DNA of 64,000 nucleotides. Origin: Eledone cirrhosa. Its lineage: Eukaryota. Below the pieces are notes generated by a model. It ran no database searches and was not told where the DNA came from. It worked only from the letters and a program-made list of their open reading frames with translations. How positions within the stretch are numbered: the first letter of the stretch is position 1; each line of letters starts with the position of its first letter. Below are positions 1-13,563 of the stretch, in pieces. A program made the translations under genes and the position numbers. The DNA is taken from positions 157,232,001-157,296,000 of the forward strand of contig OZ024742.1 of assembly GCA_964016885.1 (NCBI GenBank). The letters are read 5' to 3'.

Positions 1-134
1 AAAAAAAATTACAATGAAAAATTCCCCAAAAGGGGTGAGTCTTCCGAGGGACATTTGTGGAGAAAGCCCATTAAAAGGCCACAGTGACCCTGACCACCAG
101 GGCAAGTGCCCTCTCCCAGTTTTCCACCTTTAAT

Positions 135-3100
135 TTAGAGACACATACTCAGAGTAGGCCCATTCACTCGGGCCATACTTGCTTCTATCACCCATCTTTC
201 AACAAAATGCTGGGAAGAGAGTACTTCCCTCTCTACCCTGATTTTTCCTTTTCAAATGAAATTTGAAAAAGTTAATCAGGGCATAAGCGAAGGTAAGTGC
301 TCGTCTTCAGCCCTTTCAAACGTGTCCACCATACTATCACTTTCACCATGGCCACCAGACAGGTAAAAACTGCCTGCCCTTCCCGGCTAAAGGAAGAAGG
401 CGGGGCAATCCTCACGGTGGACTCAGCTGATAGCTGGATCCGTCCTACACGTGACAGGAGGTGTTCGACATAAACCCACAAGTCAGCAATGCTCGGACAC
501 TGGACGAATGCGTGCAGGACGGTTTCGTCGCCGTGCGCGCATCTCGGACATGCCGCGATGCCTGTAGAGTTTATCCCGAACTGACAAAGCTCCTCGGTAG
601 CACTGCCAGGCCAGGGATTTCTAGAAGTTGTCCATAGGCCCCGGCCCGAAAGTCCTTCCAAAGAGATTGGCTAGTTGATTTTCGTCGACGCCTAGAGTTT
701 CTCCAAGTAGGTCGTCGCTCTTCCCATCCACTAATCCTCTATAGAACGCCAAGGTGGAGTTTCCACCGACCACATTGCCCGATTGGTCGAGGGCTGTGAG
801 CGCCTGAAGACATTCCAGTCTCCAAGCGCTCCCACTCAGTCTTCGCTTGACCCAGGACTGCAGCTCCGTCAAGGAGACGAGCTGGGTAGAGACCTGTCTA
901 GCAAACGGCGACCACACCTGATCACCGTCGAGGAAGAGGTGGAGATGTCGTAGACATCATCAGCCACGGCATGCCCAGCCCTCCACGTAGCGGGTGCTGA
1001 CAACAGATGGACCGCCTGACCATCGGAGCACGTCGTTTCCACAAAAAGCGAAAGGGCAAACGCTCAAGCGAAGTCAGGTGGGGCTTAGGACATGGTACGA
1101 CGGTCAGGCGGTAGTAGATGACGTACGCGATGTACACGTTAGCCACTTCCGCTCGACCTTTCAGGGATAGCTTCCTCTCCGCCCATTTCTGAGTGAGAGA
1201 AGCCACCCTGCTCGTCACCTCGTCCCAGTTTTTGTCCGTCTGGAGGTCCGGACCGAACCAGACCCCTAGTAATTTAACCGGTGCGTCCGTCCAGCGCCCG
1301 ACGATGCTGTTGGACGGCATGGACCTGCCTCTCCAGGTGCCGAGCTGCAGGCACACTGACTTTTTCTGATTGATGATTGCTCCTGTCACCGCTTCGTATT
1401 CTCTTAGTGTAGTGCCAGTCGCCTCGATATGTTTGGCGTTCGACACCACTACGGTAACATCGTCCGCATATGCTGACACGGACCTTCCGATTCCTAGTTC
1501 GCGCAGCACCCCCCTCAACGTCTCCAGTTTGTGCAGTAATGGCTCGACGGTCAATACGTACAAGAGGGACGAGAGGGAACATCCTTGGCAGACCGAGCGC
1601 ATGATGTTGAACGGTTCCGCAAGGTGACCGTTCACTCTCACCACAGAGCAGTGTCGCGTTGCAGGGCAGCGATCCAGCCTCTGAAGACGAGCCCAAAGCC
1701 AACCGCCCTCAGGACTGCCGCTAGGTAACGATGGTCGACCCTATCGAAAGCTTTCGACTGATGTAAATTGATCAAGGACCCACCCGTGCCAGCTTCTCTA
1801 GCTACGCTCTCTACGATGTATCGCATAAGGTGGAGGTTGTCGTGGATAGATATGTCGGGAATGGCGCATGTCTGCACCTCTCCCACCAGACCACCAACGA
1901 CAAGCGCCAACCTCTTTGCTAGCACCTTGGCCAAAATATTGAACTCTGTGTTTTACAGAGTTATCCCCCTTGTTCGGATCCTTTATCATCAGCGCCACCG
2001 CTCCTCGGCTCACAGAGCTGGGAATCCTCCCGTTCGTTTTCCATTTGCAGTAGTGGTCCGCCAAGAGGCCTCCGAACAAGTCTGGCATTTGTACGTAAAG
2101 TTCATAGGGCAGACCATCCGACCAGGCGATTTAACCCTTGTGCAGTTAGTCATTTCCTCCCGTACTTCAGCGGCTGTTATCGGCTTTTCGCAACACTCCG
2201 CCTCAGTGGCCGAGAGCCGCGGCAGTTCGTCGAGGTAGACACTAAAGTCCATCCCTCGATCCGGCCCGCCGCTGCCCCCGAACAGTTGAGTGAAGTATCA
2301 CTGAAAAGCTTCACACATTTGCCCGGGATCGAGTAGCATGCGCCCGTCGTGGTCCACCAAATACCGGATCGTGGCTTTGTTACCACGATGCGCCTCCGCC
2401 ACTCGGGTGCATTGAACGGCTTTCGTCCCCTCATGTCTGAGAGCACGCACCCTAGCTCTGACAACGCAGCCTTCGTGCTTTGCATTGAAGAATTGGTCAA
2501 GGGCCAATTTCGCCGCAAGTACGTCGGTCGCGATGCCTTTGCTACGCCTCGTCTAATTTTCTTAATAATTCTCCCTCTGCTCTATTTTTCTCTATTGCTA
2601 AAGCCTTACTAAACCTAATGGACTCTATTCTAATTGCTCTTTTCAGAGCAAACCACCACTTGTTGTTGACGATGGTCACCGTCAACGCCCGCTTAACTAG
2701 TTCGCTAACCCGGTCTCTGTAGGCCTTCCGCGCTGGTAAGCACGCGTTTAGCTTCCAGTAGCCGGCTCCTCGTCTATGAAGCCTATCTAAGTCAAGCACA
2801 CAAATCACAAATCTGTGGTCCGTGTAGCTGACTATCTTGAAATGTGGACCTATCTATTTCCCTACAAAATACTCTATCTAGATATTATCTGGATGACCCT
2901 ATGCGATTTGTCCAAGTCCACATGTGCACATTCGGGAAATCCAATGTGAACCTGTCAGACAGTTCAAAATGCTTAGCAGGTTGGTGAGGCTATTGCACCG
3001 TCCACCCCTATCCGCTAATCCCACACAGTCCCAGCGTGCATCCCGTTCCAGTCGCCCACTAACAGTAAAGAGCGGGACGTTCCAAGAAAGGTATCCAGAC

Positions 3101-3470
3101 GCCGAAAGAAATCAGGCCGCCCTGCTCCTGTCGGGGCATAGACGGCCACTAGCCTGAAAGCTTGCCCGTCTCCGCTGGTCACGTCTAGCAAACCAAATTA
3201 CCTTCTGGGTCCAGGAAGATGGCCCGTATGGCGAGATACAAACCTCTTCGAAAAAGCACAGCAACTCATCCCCCCAATCCCGGACGGCTGGGAGATGCGT
3301 ACACATCGTAGCCGCCGAAGATCGGTGCGAAGGCCTGTGCTTCGGAGATCCTGGTCTCGCTGATGACCACGATCTATGTTTAGTGACATGAGGTCGTTGA
3401 GCAGGTGGCCCTGCTTCTACGACGACCCCAAGCCACGCGCATTTATGCTGCCTATTCTGAGTGAAGTCAT
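135..3470 (-). pseudogene. ORF2 (APE endonuclease + reverse transcriptase + C-terminal Zn motif), frameshifted
   Basis: ORF-track pieces 272-661, 922-1644, 1638-1934, 2010-2252, 2298-2507 and 2542-2808 carry GAGYWKLN, KSPG, QSKAFDRVDH, AYADD, LSLKGRAEV and GGLG motifs typical of Tx1/L1 ORF2. Confidence 0.88.
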
Positions 3471-3503
3471 GTTGAAATGAGAGGAAAAGATGGGAATGAC
3501 CAC

Positions 3504-5413
3504 TTACCTTACTTCTTGTAGAGGAAGGATGGTTTGTCCATTCCTTTCACTGCTTGTGGCCTCCTCCGGAAGGATGACCTTATAAATCCTCCTAGAGAGT
3601 GTTTGTCGAAAGTCTCCGATGTCTTTGGGGAATTTTTGTTTTAGTGTCGTGTACGTTTTCTGTGTGATGCGAGTGATTTGTATGTGTGGAGGTGGTGTGA
3701 ACTTTTGGGTTGTTGTGTAGTCTTTTTCTGTGATGCTGGTGTTGTGTTGCATCTAGTGTAATACTTGGTTGTTGTTCAAATTTAATGTGTAGTGTGTATC
3801 GTTTTGGTTGTTTTGTTTTGTTTGTGTTTGGTGTCAGTTTGTTTCTGTTACGCTTGTTGGTGACTTTTGTGGTGTTGGTGATGGTGGTGTTGGGGTTAAT
3901 GATGGTGATGGTGTTGGTGATTGTGGTGATGGGGTTGGTGATGCTGGTGTGGATGGTGGCATATCTGTCCTAACTTTTTGGTTTGATAGTTTATTTGTTT
4001 CTCTCTGTATATTGTTTTTGGAGGGGGAAGGAAGGGAATTCTTTTCTTTTTTGGCTTCTTTTATTCTTTTTTCCTGATACCCTTTCCCACTCCTCGTAGT
4101 CACAATCTGTCTCCAGTTGCTATAAGCCGGGGAGTGGAAAATCCTCCACAGGCGTTGGTTTTGGTTGTGGCGTGGTGGATGGTGTAGGCGCTGGTGCTAC
4201 TTCTGGCGCGTTTGGTGGTGTTGGTGTTGGTTTTGCTACTGTTGCTGCGGTTGTTGCTGTTACAGTTGCTTCTGTTGTTGCTGCTACAGTTGTTGCCGCC
4301 ATCTCTGCTGCTTGTGGTGTTGATGGTTGAGTCACTGGGGTGGGTAAGAGAGGTGGCCTCAACCTTTTAGCCTGAGGGCAGAAAGCCCTTAGGTGGGTTC
4401 CTTCACCACAAACGACACACCTAGGCCTTCTGCCCTTGACGATTACGGTGAGGTGGCTGCCGTCAGTGAGGTCTGTTACATCTGGGATCACCTCAATGCT
4501 GTTATGGTCCGCTTGGATCAGAAGCTCCATTCCAGATCCGGACCAGTTCTCCTGCTTTTCTTTCGCTATTTCGATTATCTTGGTGTTGGCCTCGATGCCG
4601 GCGAGGGCGGCAGCCATTAGCCAGGAAGTTTCGATGGCCGGTGGAACGTGGGTCACCCTGATATTCACGAATCTCTGGCCACAATAGCTTGGGACGAGTG
4701 TGAAGTCGACACTTCTTAATGGGGCCATGGAGTGTTCTCTGGCCTCCTGTGGTGTTTCAAAGAACACGTCCACGGTTCCATATTTCTACCCACGTCTGAT
4801 GTTTTTTTTTTTGCCCACACATGTCCCAAAGCTCTTTGGAATTTGGACTCGGATGCCCGTTCCACTCGGCGCGATTTTATATCCGATAAGATATAGGCGA
4901 CGATGCTCCATATTATTAGGTGTGTGTAGGGGGGGCGGCGCTGACCCTGAACCCATCTTTCTTTACCATTCTTTTGGCTTCTTCTAATTCCTCCTGAGTT
5001 ACCTGGATCGCTTCGCACGTTTTTGCTACTTTCGCAAAAGACGGTAGTTTTCTTAATTTCATTGTTGTTGTTGTTACCGTTATTTTTGTTATTGTTAATT
5101 TTTTTAGTTTCAGTTGTGGTGGTGTCGGTGGTGTTCGGTGTGGAAGAGTTCATTTTGGTTGAATTCATTTCGATATCACGAGTTAATTTTTTTTTCTTTT
5201 GTTTCTGTTGTCGCTGTGGTGATAGTGGTGGGGGTTGCCTGCTTTAACACCTGCAGTGATTGGTAATGGCGGGAAATGAATGTCTGCCTGAGACAAATTT
5301 AAAATATTGATACTGCTTATATTTTTAGTGTTGGCAAACGTAGTAATATTTACAATTGTGGTGTCGGTGTGCGGGGTTAGTTTGTGAGGAAGGTGTGAAT
5401 CTGAGTCGGCCAT
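3504..5413 (-). pseudogene. ORF1 (gag-like nucleic-acid-binding protein with CCHC zinc knuckle), frameshifted
   Basis: RCVVCGEGTHLRAFCP (CX2CX4HX4C) in ORF 4120-4773, with Thr/Asn/Pro-rich flanks. Lies directly upstream of ORF2. Confidence 0.8.
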
Positions 5414-5971
5414 GATTGTTCAAAGAAATTGTTTGTTTGTTTGATAATTATTAAAAGTTTAAATTTTGGGCTCAAGGCCCCAATCTTTTTGAGTGTCCTT
5501 TTCTGAAATCAATGTATGTGCACTTATATATAGTTAACAATAAAAATGTTCCATAAATGGCAATGTTAAACAACTGAAAATAACAAACCTTTGCGGAGCT
5601 CACGATGATACGATATACTACGTAGGTCGCCAATAATAATAATAATAATAATGATTTCTTTATTGGCCACAAGGGCTGACATCAAGAAAAACATTACAGA
5701 CGGCACAGGACGGTACGATGTGGGTTTTGTGCGTGTAAATATTTATATTATTTATATAAGAAAAGAAAAAAATGACATAGAAACATATATATATATCTAT
5801 ATATATATATATATATATATAAACGATAAAAATGAAAATTGAAACAATGAAAAATTCCCCAGTAGGGGGGTAATCCTCCGAGGGTTACTCGTGGCGAAAA
5901 CCACACAAAATACAACGGCCAACCTGACCACCAGGGCAAGCGCCCTCTCTCAATTGTTTCCATTTCTCAAA

Positions 5972-8900
5972 CTACTGACGTATATTCAGAGTTGTCCCGT
6001 TCACTCGCACCATTCTCGCTACATTCACCCACCTTTCAACAAACTTGCTAGAAGGCAGCACTTGCCTCTCCATCCTGATTTTCCTCTTCAAATGAAACTT
6101 GAAAAAGTTAATTAGGGATTCGCTGAAGAGGAAGGTGTCTGTCTTTAACTCGTTTAACATTGTCCACCACACAAGCTCTTTCGCCATGGCCACCAGGCAG
6201 ATGAAAACGCTTGCCCTTCCTCCACGAAGGAAGACGGCGTGACCATCTGCACAATGGACTCAGTCGACAACCAGATCAGTCCTACACGCGACAGCAACTG
6301 TTCGACATTGCTCCACAAGTCAGCAATGCTCGGGCATTGAACGAGTGCGTGCATAACGCTTTCGTCGCTCTGCGCGCATCTCGGACAGGCTCGGCTGGCG
6401 GCACTTCCGTGACTGTAGAGCTTATCTCGAACCGGCAACGCTCCCCGGTAGCACTGCCAGGCCACGGATTTTTGGAAGTTATCCATAGGCTCTGGGCTGA
6501 AAGTTCTCCGGAAGAGAGCAAACAGCTAATCTTCGACGCCCAGGATCTCTCCGAGAATGTCGTCGCTCTTCCCCTCCACTAGTCCTCTATAGAAGCCGAG
6601 ATGGATGTTCCACCGATACTGGTGCCCAGCTGCCAGAGAGCAGTGAGCGCGTGGAAACATTCCAGTTTCCAAGCGCTATCCCTCCGTCTTTTTCTGACCC
6701 AGGACTGCAGCTCCATCAAGGAGACGAGCTGTGGGAAAACGTGCCTGGCGAACGGCGATTACACCTGTTCACCATCAAGGAAGCACCAGATATGTCGCAG
6801 CCTCAGCGCATGTTTGCGCATCATTAGCCATGGCATGCTCAGTCCTCCATGCAACGGGTGTTGACAGCAGATGGATCGCCTGTCAATGGGAGCGCGTCCC
6901 TTCCACAAAAAGCGGAAGAGTAGGCGCTCCATTTTGGTGAGAGTTGGGCTGGAGCAAGGGACGACGGTGAGGCGGTAGCAGATGACGGATGCGATGTACG
7001 CATTCGCCACCTCCGCCCGGCCTTTCAGGGACAGCTTCCTCTCGCCCCATTTCTGGAGGTTCGCTCCGAACGAGACCCCGAGCAATTTAACCGGTCCGTC
7101 CGTTCAACGCCCCACGACGCTGTCGGACGGCATGGACTTGCCTCTCCAGGTGCCGAGCTGCAAGCCGATCGACTTTTCCTGGTTTATCTTTGTTCCTGTC
7201 ATCTTTGGACCCGCATCCTAGTTCGTATTGGAGGCCCCTCATCGCCTCCAGTTTGTGCAGTATCGGCTCGAGAGCCAATACGTACAAGAGGGACGAGAGG
7301 GGACAACCCTGGCGGACTGAGCGCATGATGCTGAACGGCTGCGACAGGTGACCGTTGACCCTCACAACTGAGCAGATGTCGCTGTACATTGCTGTACATT
7401 GCTGCGAAAATCTTGACCTCTGCGCTTAGCAGAGTTATGGGCCTGAAATTATCGATAACATCCCCCTTGTTCGGGTCTTTTCTCAGCAGCACCACTGCTC
7501 CCCTGCTCACAAAACTAGGAATACTCCCGTCTGCTGCCAGTTGCACTAGACGTCTGCCAAGAGGTCACCGAAAAAGTCTGTCATAAATGCATAAAGCTCG
7601 TAGGGAAGACCACCCAAACCTGACGATTTACTCCTTGTGCAGTTAGCCATCGCTTCCCGTATTTCACCAGCTGTTATTGGCTTTTCGCAACACTGTGCTG
7701 CGGTCGTCGAGAGCTGAGGCAGTCCGTCGAGCTATTCACTGAAGTCCATGCCCCGATCCGGGCCACCGCCGCTCCCGAACAGTTCAGCAAAGTGCTGCTG
7801 AAAAGCTTCACACATCTGCTCGGGTTCGAGCATCACGCACCCGTTTTGGTCAGACAAAGACCGAATTGTGGCTTTGTTGCCACGTCGCGCCTCTGACACC
7901 TGGGCCCATTGGACGGCTTTTGTCCCCTCGTGTTTCACAGCACGCGCTCTAGCTCTGACAACGCAGCCTTCGTGTTTTGCATTGAAGAATTGGTCGAGTT
8001 CCAATCTCGACGCAAGCACGTCAGTTGCGATGCCTGTCCTAAACGCCGCTTCTAGCTTTCTGACTAGCTCTCCTTCTACTCTATTTTCATCACTACTCCT
8101 TTGCTAAACCTAATCAACTCTCCTTTAATTGCCCTTTTCAGGGTGAAATACCACCTGTTGTTGACGACCCCTCCCGTCAACGCCCGCTTAACTAATACGC
8201 TAATCCGGTCTCTGTAGGCTTTGCGCGCCGGGAAAGACGCGTTCAGCTTCCATTAACCAGGCCCTTTTCTATGAAGTCTGTCTATGTCGATCTCAAAGAT
8301 CACAAATTTGTGGTCTCTGTAGTCGATTATTTTAAATTATGGACAACTTAAACTAGCATTATCTAGTTCTCTGCAGAATACCCTATCGAGATACGATCTT
8401 GATGACCCGATGCGGTTTGTCCATGTCCACATTGGTACATTCGGGTGAACCAGTCGATACCTGTCAGACAATTCAAAACGTCTGAGCAGGTTGCTCAGGC
8501 TCTTGCACCCTCCTCTACTAGCCCCATGCACTAGCCCCACACAATCCCAGCGTGCATCCAAGATACCGTTCCAGTCGCCCACTAACACTAAAGAGCGGGA
8601 CGTTCCAAGAAAGGTCAGAAGAATTCTGGCCGTCCTGCCCCTGTTGGGCGTAGATGGCTACACGCCTGAAAGCATTGCCTTCGCTGCCGGCCACGACCAG
8701 CACCACCGTCCCACCCCCTGGGTCCAGGAAGATGGCCCGTATCGCGAGATCCAAGCCTCTACGAAAAAGGACGGCAACCCCGCCCCCCGATCCAGGACGG
8801 CTGGGAGATGCGTATACATCGTAGCCGCCGAAGATCGGTGCGAAGGCTTGTGCCTCGGAGATTCTGGCTTCACTGATGGCCACCACATCCATGTTTAGTG

Positions 8901-8985
8901 ACCTGAGGTCGTTGAGCAGGTGACCCTGCTTCCAAGATGACTCCAGACCATGTGCACCTATACTCTCCATTCTGAGTACGTCCAT
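5972..8985 (-). pseudogene. ORF2 (APE + RT + Zn motif) with internal deletions
   Basis: Motifs VVAISE, LVGDWN, TWTN..SYLDRVF, FRPITLL, SVRQGCPLS and CPRC..ESVMHALVQCP. The YADD segment (about 7200) and the KAFD segment (about 7390) present in copy 1 are deleted. Confidence 0.88.
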
Positions 8986-9020
8986 GTTGGATGAGAAACG
9001 GAGCAAGTGAGAAAGGGTCA

Positions 9021-11050
9021 CTTACCTTGATCGTGTGGTGAAGGGACAGTAGAACCGTCCCTTTCGCTGGTCATGGGTGTTTCCAAGAGGATGTCAGTAT
9101 ATATCCTTCTTGGTAACCGACCTTCTGAAGTCTCCAACTACGTTGGGGAATTTTTGTTTTAAAAGTTTGTACTGTTCTATTGAGATTTCGATGATGCTTA
9201 TATTTGTTGGGAGAGTTCTTGGTGTTGGTGGGGTATAGTAGTTTTTTTCTGTGATGTCTGTGCGCAGCTTTATATATTGTATGAGTTCTTTTTTTGCCAT
9301 GTTTAAGGCTGTGTACTTTATGGGGGGAGGTGTGACTTGTTGCTGTTTTCTTCTTGTTACTGTTTGGTGTGCGTGTCTTGATGTGTTTCCGTTGTTGGTG
9401 TTTTTGGTGATGCTGGTGGTGGTGTGGTTGTTGTTGTCAGTGGTGCCAGTGGTGGTGATGGTGGTGGTGTTGCTGCAAGTTTCCTTGCTGCCTTTACCCC
9501 TCTTTGTATGCCTTCGCTTTTGGAGGGTGAATCTAAGGGTGTTTTTGTTTTTTGTTTTTTGTGGCAGACCGTTTGCCACTTCACTCCCGCCTCAAACTCC
9601 ATGTCCGATTTTGTGGCGTCTGGGTGCGGTATGTCCTCCACGGCTGTTAGTGGTGGTAGTGGAGCCGTCTTCGGCAATTTTGTTGCTGGTGTAGCTACTT
9701 CAAATGTAGCTATTGGTGTTGCCTCCACTGATTATGCTGCTTTTGTTGTCCGTGGCCTTGGTACGGGTGCTACGGACGTTGCCCTCCTACTCACCGTGGA
9801 ACGGGCTTCTGCGTTTGTTACCTGCCCTGTTCTTGGTAGCAGCGGACCAGGTATTGGAAGGAGAGGGGCCTTCTTCTTCGTTGTCTTCTGCGGGCAAAAG
9901 GCCCTGAGATGACCCTTCGACCCACAGAGATAACATTTTGGCCGTCTTCCTTCTACACTTATACGGAGTTGGAGTCCTTCCTTGATGTCTATGATATCGG
10001 GGATAGCGTCGATACATTCCTGGTCAGTTTGTATAAACATTTGCATGCCTATACCTGACCAGTTCTCTCTCCCTATTTTTTCTACTTGCAGCACGGTCGT
10101 CCTGTTTTCGATTCCAGCAAGGACAGACGCGGCCAGCCAATGTATGGGCACGTCGGGTGGGACCTGGGTCACTTTGACTCTCACAATTTTCTGCCCGCAG
10201 TAGGAGGTCACCAAGACTATCTCCTCACTCTTTAGGGTTTCCAAAGAGTAAGACTTCGCTTTTTGGAATAGTACGTCTACTGTGGTGTACTTTCTGCCTC
10301 GGGTGATGTCGGTTTTGCGTGCCCAGACGCACCCCAAGGCCTTTTGGATTTGAGCCTCCGTGGCTCTCTCCACCCGATGTGAGATTTTGCTTACGGTGTG
10401 GTAAGTCACCGTCCGTAGCTGCTGGTTCTTAAAAAAAATCGGGTGGAGGTTTCAGGGATACTCTATTGGCGCTTCTTGTCACCATGGCCCTTGCGACTGC
10501 CATCTCCCCCTCTGTGACTAACACTGTTTCGATATTTCGGGCGACACCTTCAAAAGAAGTGGTCCCTTTTTCAGCGGCACCACTATTATTGCTGCTACTG
10601 GTCTTGCCGGTCGTGCTGAGATTGCTGTTACAGGTATTGATGTCATTGTTGTTGTTTTCGTTGGTACAGTTGTTGGTGTTGTTGTTGTCATTGTTGTTGT
10701 TTTCGTTGATACCGTTGCTGTTGTTACTGTTATTGTGGCTGTTGTTATTATTCTTGTTTGTGTTGATACTGTTCCTACTATTATTGTTGTTGTGGTTGTT
10801 GTTATTGCCATTGTTATTTTCGTTCTCGACCTTAACGCTGTTATTTGTGTTATTGTCGTTCTCGACTTTACGCTGTTATTTTTGTTGTTGCTGTTGTTAT
10901 TAATGGTTTTGTTGTTGGTGTTGTTGTTGGTGTTATTGTTGGTGTTGTTTGTGTTAGAAATATTTGTTAATTTTAAATCTGTAACAATATTTTCCTTTGT
11001 AATATTTTCATTTATATTTACCTCCGCTAGAACGCTGTCTTGTTGACATG
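9021..11050 (-). pseudogene. ORF1 (CCHC zinc knuckle), disrupted
   Basis: KCYLCGSKGHLRAFCP in ORF 9732-10409, homologous to copy 1 ORF1. The N-terminal part is low-complexity and (AAC)n-derived. Confidence 0.8.
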
Positions 11051-11099
11051 CTGATAAAGTCTCCCTCTCTCTGTGTTGTCTGACAGCGCTCTCTCTCTT

Positions 11100-11245
11100 T
11101 CTTTTTCGTTTCTTAAATAAATAATAAAAATATTTACACATCGTACCGTCTTGTACCGTACTGTGATGTCTGTAATGTTTTTTTCTTGATGTCAAACCTT
11201 GTGGCCGATAAATAATCCATTATTAATATTATTATTATTTTTATT
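11100..11245 (+). mobile_element. Inverted copy of the Tx1 element 3' UTR and tail
   Basis: cacatcgtaccgtc...ctgtaatgtttttttcttgatgtcaaaccttgtggccgataaa...(att)n is the reverse complement of 5632-5770. Confidence 0.8.
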
Positions 11246-11249
11246 ATTG

Positions 11250-12030
11250 TTCTTCGTGTCTCAGTCATTGATATTGGTTAACTGGAAAGTTTGTTGAAAT
11301 GAATATCAAGCCACTACTTGCAGCCTCAGATATTTAGGACGTATCGGACGGTTATTGTTGTTCCCAGCAAGCATGCCTTTTGAAGTGTTCCAAAAAGCGG
11401 GGCGGGCCAATTTTCGTTAACCATCCCTGGAAACTCTTTGAGATAGTACCTAGTGCGCCTATGACAATTGGGACCACTTTGACTTCATGGCAGTTTCAAA
11501 TCATTTTTACCTCCCACTTTAAGTCATGGTATCGGTTCATTTTCTCTCTCACCTTCTCTTGCACTCTCTTGTCGAATGGGCAGGCCACATACACAATCAG
11601 GCACGATCTTTTTTCCTTGTCCAAAACCACCAAGTCAGGTCTATTGTGTTCCAGTTTCTTGTCCGTCTGTATCATAAAATCCTACAGCACCTTCACCTGA
11701 TCGTTTTCTATCACCGACTTTGGCTTATGCTCATACCACTTCTCAGAATGTGGTAAATTGATTACTTTGCATAGGTGCCAGTGGGTCACCCTGCCCATCA
11801 CATCATGTCTCCAGCCTTTATAGTGAGTCTGCACTGTGGGCTAGCCTCCTCCTTGTAAATATGGTGTTTCAGCCACTTCGTGTTGAGGGCCTGCTCTTGC
11901 GCAGCCATTAACATTCCTTCTGTAGTCTTTTTAAGGTCTCCTCTTTTCAACCAGTTCCATGCCTGTGGATCTCTGAATTCAGCTTTCTCAAAGAAGGTAC
12001 TATGAAGGGATTTTTCATAAAGCTTGCTCT
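11250..12030 (-). mobile_element. R4/Dong-like RLE non-LTR retrotransposon, 3' fragment
   Basis: AWNWLKRGDLKKTTEGMLMAAQEQAL...CRL, followed by TDKKLEHNRPDLVVLDK..ACPFD..VVPIVIGALG (restriction-like endonuclease). Bounded by (TAA/ATT)n on both sides. Confidence 0.8.
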
Positions 12031-12069
12031 TTCTCCTTGTTGTTATATTGCTCTCTCTCCTTGCTGTTA

Positions 12070-12113
12070 TATTATTATTATTATTATTATTAGTAGTAGT
12101 AGTAGTAGTAGTG

Positions 12114-12164
<51 letters not shown>

Positions 12165-12165
12165 A

Positions 12166-12236
<71 letters not shown>

Positions 12237-12330
12237 ATAGTAGTAGTAGTAGTAGTTGTAGTAGTGGTAGTAGTAGTAGTAGTAGGAGCAGTAGTAGTAG
12301 CAGCAGCAGCACTAGTATTAGTAGTTACAG
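12070..12330. repeat. Compound trinucleotide microsatellite (ATT)n/(AGT)n/(AGC)n
   Basis: Directly visible. Confidence 0.95.
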
Positions 12331-12549
12331 TGATGTTGCTGGTTAAAAGACAAACTCTGCAGCAACTACGGCAGCAGACACGGGGTATATAATAGTGTAG
12401 TGACAGGTGAAGCAGTTGCAGTAACAAAGCTAGCTGCCATGAGAAAAGAGGAATGTATGACTACAATGTGAACTAAATATACAGCAGTATTCCTAAAGAT
12501 GCGTCTATGGTAGCATACATCACACATAGTTGCAAAACTAGTTAACTAC

Positions 12550-12856
12550 ATACATATCTATCTATCTATATATATATATATATTTATCTATCTATCTATC
12601 TATTTATCTATCTACCTATTTTTCATATATCTATCTGTATATATCTATCTATGTATCTATCTATCTGTGTATCTACCTATCTATCACTTTATCTATCTAT
12701 CAATTTATCTGTCTATCTAAGTATCTATCTATCTATCTACTTCCCCTGATACGTATATACTAATATATACACAGAGATAAACACGATATATATGCATACA
12801 TACAAGCACATTAAATATATGCACGCATACACAAAACATACATACACACATACATA

Positions 12857-12933
<77 letters not shown>

Positions 12934-13070
12934 ACATACATACACATACATACACACATACATATATACAAACTTGCATACACACACGTACATACATTCA
13001 CGCATACATACATACACACACATACAGACGCATACATACATAGATACATACATACATACATGTATACATA
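12550..13070. repeat. (TATC)n, (TA)n and (TACA)n microsatellite block
   Basis: Directly visible. Confidence 0.9.
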
Positions 13071-13395
13071 CAGAACCCTACATATACAATCCTTACATAT
13101 AGTATTCTTACATACACAAAGGTATTTTGATGAAAAATATCCAATTACTTAATGCAATGTGACTTAATCTATAATATGTGTCGAATGTCAAGAGAGTAAG
13201 AAGTAGTATTGTTTTCATTTTAAAGCCAATGTATTTTTATTTATCTAGAACCTTTCCTCAATGGGTAAATCAGTACAGAACTGGAATTGCTATTCCGAAA
13301 ATTAGAAACGTACAAAATGACAATCAAATACAAACAAATACATACATACCGACACCCACACACATATATCTATATCTATATCTACATATATATAT

Positions 13396-13523
13396 CAGCG
13401 GCGAAGGGTCCGTGCATGCAACGCATGCAGTGCATGCGTTATAGAATATTGAGTCGATCAATAGGGTCGATTGACGCAAGCAGTATTTTGGCTGCTTACT
13501 AAAACGTATAGACACAAAAAAAT

Positions 13524-13563
<40 letters not shown>

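Larger units (their letters stand above)
1..5450 (-). mobile_element. Tx1/L1-clade non-LTR retrotransposon, copy 1 (decayed; 3' UTR runs off the window start)
   Basis: ORF1 fragments carry a CCHC knuckle. ORF2 fragments show APE, RT (QSKAFDRVDH, SVCQGCSLS, AYADD) and a C-terminal CPRC..ETVLHAFVQCP zinc motif. Collinear with copy 2 at 5632-11100. Confidence 0.9.
5632..11100 (-). mobile_element. Tx1/L1-clade non-LTR retrotransposon, copy 2 (near full length, decayed)
   Basis: The minus-strand 3' end reads ...gtggccAATAAAgaaatc(att)n at about 5632-5670. ORF2 and ORF1 are homologous to copy 1. Confidence 0.9.

Noticed and set aside
1370-10903. Plus-strand ORFs overlapping the LINEs, including Leu/Val-rich membrane-like ones
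   Set aside because: They are antisense shadows of LINE ORFs and of (AAC)n low-complexity ORF1 sequence.
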